Assembly: GCA_012026655.1 (NCBI GenBank) | Contig: JAAILG010000088.1 | Coordinates: 1-64,000, forward strand | DNA: 64,000 nt | Origin: Hydrolagus affinis | Lineage: Eukaryota | Direction: 5' to 3' | In this document: piece after piece, positions 61,801-64,000 of the stretch | Layout of the letters: the number at the start of each line of letters is the position of its first letter | Numbering within the stretch: position 1 is the first letter of the stretch | Made by a program: the position numbers and the translations under genes | Notes under the pieces: generated by a model | What the model was told of the DNA's origin: nothing | Seen by the model: only the letters and a program-made list of their open reading frames with translations | Database searches by the model: none

Positions 61801-64000
61801 GAAGTTTACTGTTGAACAAAGGTTCTCAGAAACTCCCTCACTATGAGTGATTTTTTGTGAGTTACCAAGTTTCCTCATGTAGACTGAATGAGGCAGTGAT
61901 ATGTTTCTAATACAATTTCTTAAAGCCAGTATTCCTTAGAAAGAAATCAATGAATCACTATTCAAATACCAGTTCTATTAATTATGCCCTAATTTTCTGT
62001 AGTAAGGTCACCTTGCAGTTTGGCACAGCTCTTCCCTATTTCACATGCCCAGATGCTGCAGCCAACTTTAATCTACTCAAGGCAGCAATCCCTTTAATGA
62101 AACATCTTTTTGGTTTCTGCTTTCTCATTAAGATCTGAAATAGTTCTTTCCACAGTGTGAATTTTAATGCATCGTTCTTAATAATTCAACGCATTCTTGT
62201 TCAGAAACTGAAAGCAAATTGTGCCTCTCACACACAAATTCTCAGCATTTCGCCAGTGGCATTCTTTAAATTTATTGCTGAATGTATGAATTAGGAATTT
62301 GATTTAATCAAATCACGAGGCTTGTATAAAAGCTATGGGAAATTTGAACCAATGTAGTTTAATTTGTCCCATAATTTGATCTGAATTCACTTTTTACATA
62401 TTGATATCTGCAGGTCACTTTCTGCTTGTGCTGAATATTATTTGGCACATTGTATTAAGTGGGACGGGAACAATATTTGTCAGGCTGAGAGGATAGTTGG
62501 AAATCTTCAGTATTTTATATTAATAGGATTTTGTTTTGTAAAACTATGTGAGTTCTGCAGTGATGGAAATATAGGCTACAGTTTTCGGAAGCCCTGAAAA
62601 GTGAACTCATTCATGCACTGGGGAACATAATATACAAGATGATACCAATCAAACTGGTTACACTGTTTAAGGGCTCTGAGACACTGTCCGTCGTGGAGGG
62701 CATTTTATAAATCCAAGTTGTTGTTGTTGTTTTAATCCAGTGGACATAGTTTTAGGGATATAGTGTGTGGGATTTTTAATCTCTACTTGAATTGGTAGAA
62801 AGGATGATGAGATTCATAAAAACTTCTGGTGTCCTGCCTGGACACCAATCCCTCAGATAAAATTAATCGTTCACTTCATGGCTGTTTAGGGACATTACTG
62901 TGTACACATTAGCTGCCATGATCACCTATAAAAATACACAGTCACTACACTTTATATTGAAGTTCAAGACAATAATAATCTTTGCATTTTGATATTGCGC
63001 TTTTCATGTCTTCTAGACGTCTCAAAGCGCTTCACAGAATATACTGTAAAATGAATTGACTGCATATTTGTGGGTGAAACATCCCCCTAATGTAAAAGGC
63101 ACTATATCAAATGCAAGCATTATTATGATAACAATTATTATTCTAACTACGCAATGCAATTCTTGCCAGGTGACAACAAATTGGAGAGATCTTTAAACCC
63201 TCTATTGTAGAATATAAAGCAATCCTCATATCCAATCTCCAAACCCCTTTCTCATTATCTAGTGATGGAATTATTGACATCTCAATTCATGTCAGTGCTA
63301 TTTGTGGTTGATTCAGAAAAGATTTTGGAGTCAATACAGTATCCAATTGCAAACTAAAATTAAAGTTTGCCATATGTTGTACTGATATTGCTATTCCATA
63401 GCTGTGAAATTTGCACAATATGTCACTGGTATATAATTAGCTGCAAAGATTGAACATGAGCTCCTTGTGCACTAATCTCTGCATCAAATGACTGGACTAA
63501 GCTCACAATATTGATGTCTCATTCAGGGTAGGAAACAAATGTGCTTGTGTTTGTGTTGGTATCAGTAGAAATGCGTTCGACAGGACACTTAGTAAGATTG
63601 TCATGTTTCCTGTGAGTAACCTTACCAAATGTCTAATTATTCAGTGCACAATAAATCAAGGAGTTGTGACAATCTCCAAATAAATTCTGCTACGTTTGTC
63701 AGGTATGACATGCTGTCCCTAAATCTGTGCTAGCTCTAATTTATCATATTCTATTTAGAGATAGAGCTCTGAGTTGCATCCTCTCACCAACAGGCTTCTA
63801 ATACTTTTCCCATTCTTAAACAATACCATCATTTGCTTACTCCACAAGCCTAATAACAATCCCTCCAAAAAAACCACAATAATAAAAATTGGTCATTTCA
63901 ATCCACGACTGTTTGTGGGACAGACGCTGCTGTGTGCAATTGGCTGCCGTATTTCACCCACAAAATATACAGTCAATTCACTTTACAGTATATTCTATGA

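Noticed and set aside
28826-64000. CRISPR-like recurrence of a palindromic repeat
   Set aside because: Copies are irregularly spaced on both strands, variably truncated and end in microsatellite tails. No cas genes are present. These are retroposon tails.
34000-64000. Numerous 60-140 aa ORFs in the track
   Set aside because: They are either translations of SINE/L2 copies (recurring CKDYYY, LWNSIP) or low-complexity chance ORFs without splice or homology support.

Overview
This is vertebrate nuclear DNA: AT-rich, intron-rich and repeat-dense. The CR1/L2/Deu-type SINE landscape and the protein divergence suggest a cartilaginous fish, possibly a holocephalan (inference). The window holds two + strand genes. 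The first is a complete ACSL3 long-chain acyl-CoA synthetase CDS of 14 coding exons (3001-25593). All its introns are GT-AG with consistent phases, giving 2124 nt or 707 aa, and it has a ~2.4 kb 3'UTR. The second is KCNE4, with a single-exon CDS (32620-33045, 141 aa) and a probable small non-coding first exon. The ACSL3-KCNE4 order matches human. The remaining ~30 kb has no recognisable gene and is filled with tRNA-derived SINEs, L2 and CR1 LINE fragments and a few candidate enhancer-like islands; the hAT-like and Tigger-like MITEs lie in or upstream of ACSL3. I found no CRISPR, phage or other prokaryote-type system, and I cannot support a claim of a wholly new biological system. The most unusual signals are: a TIR element with an apparent 6-bp TSD; a SINE variant with an extra internal domain and a perfect 19-bp hairpin; a covarying SINE/L2 3' stem-loop with many L2 stubs truncated at its base; a chain of four interlocking inverted repeats; and a Pumilio-element cluster in the KCNE4 3'UTR. 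Comparisons with human proteins and named repeat families are from memory and need checking by search.
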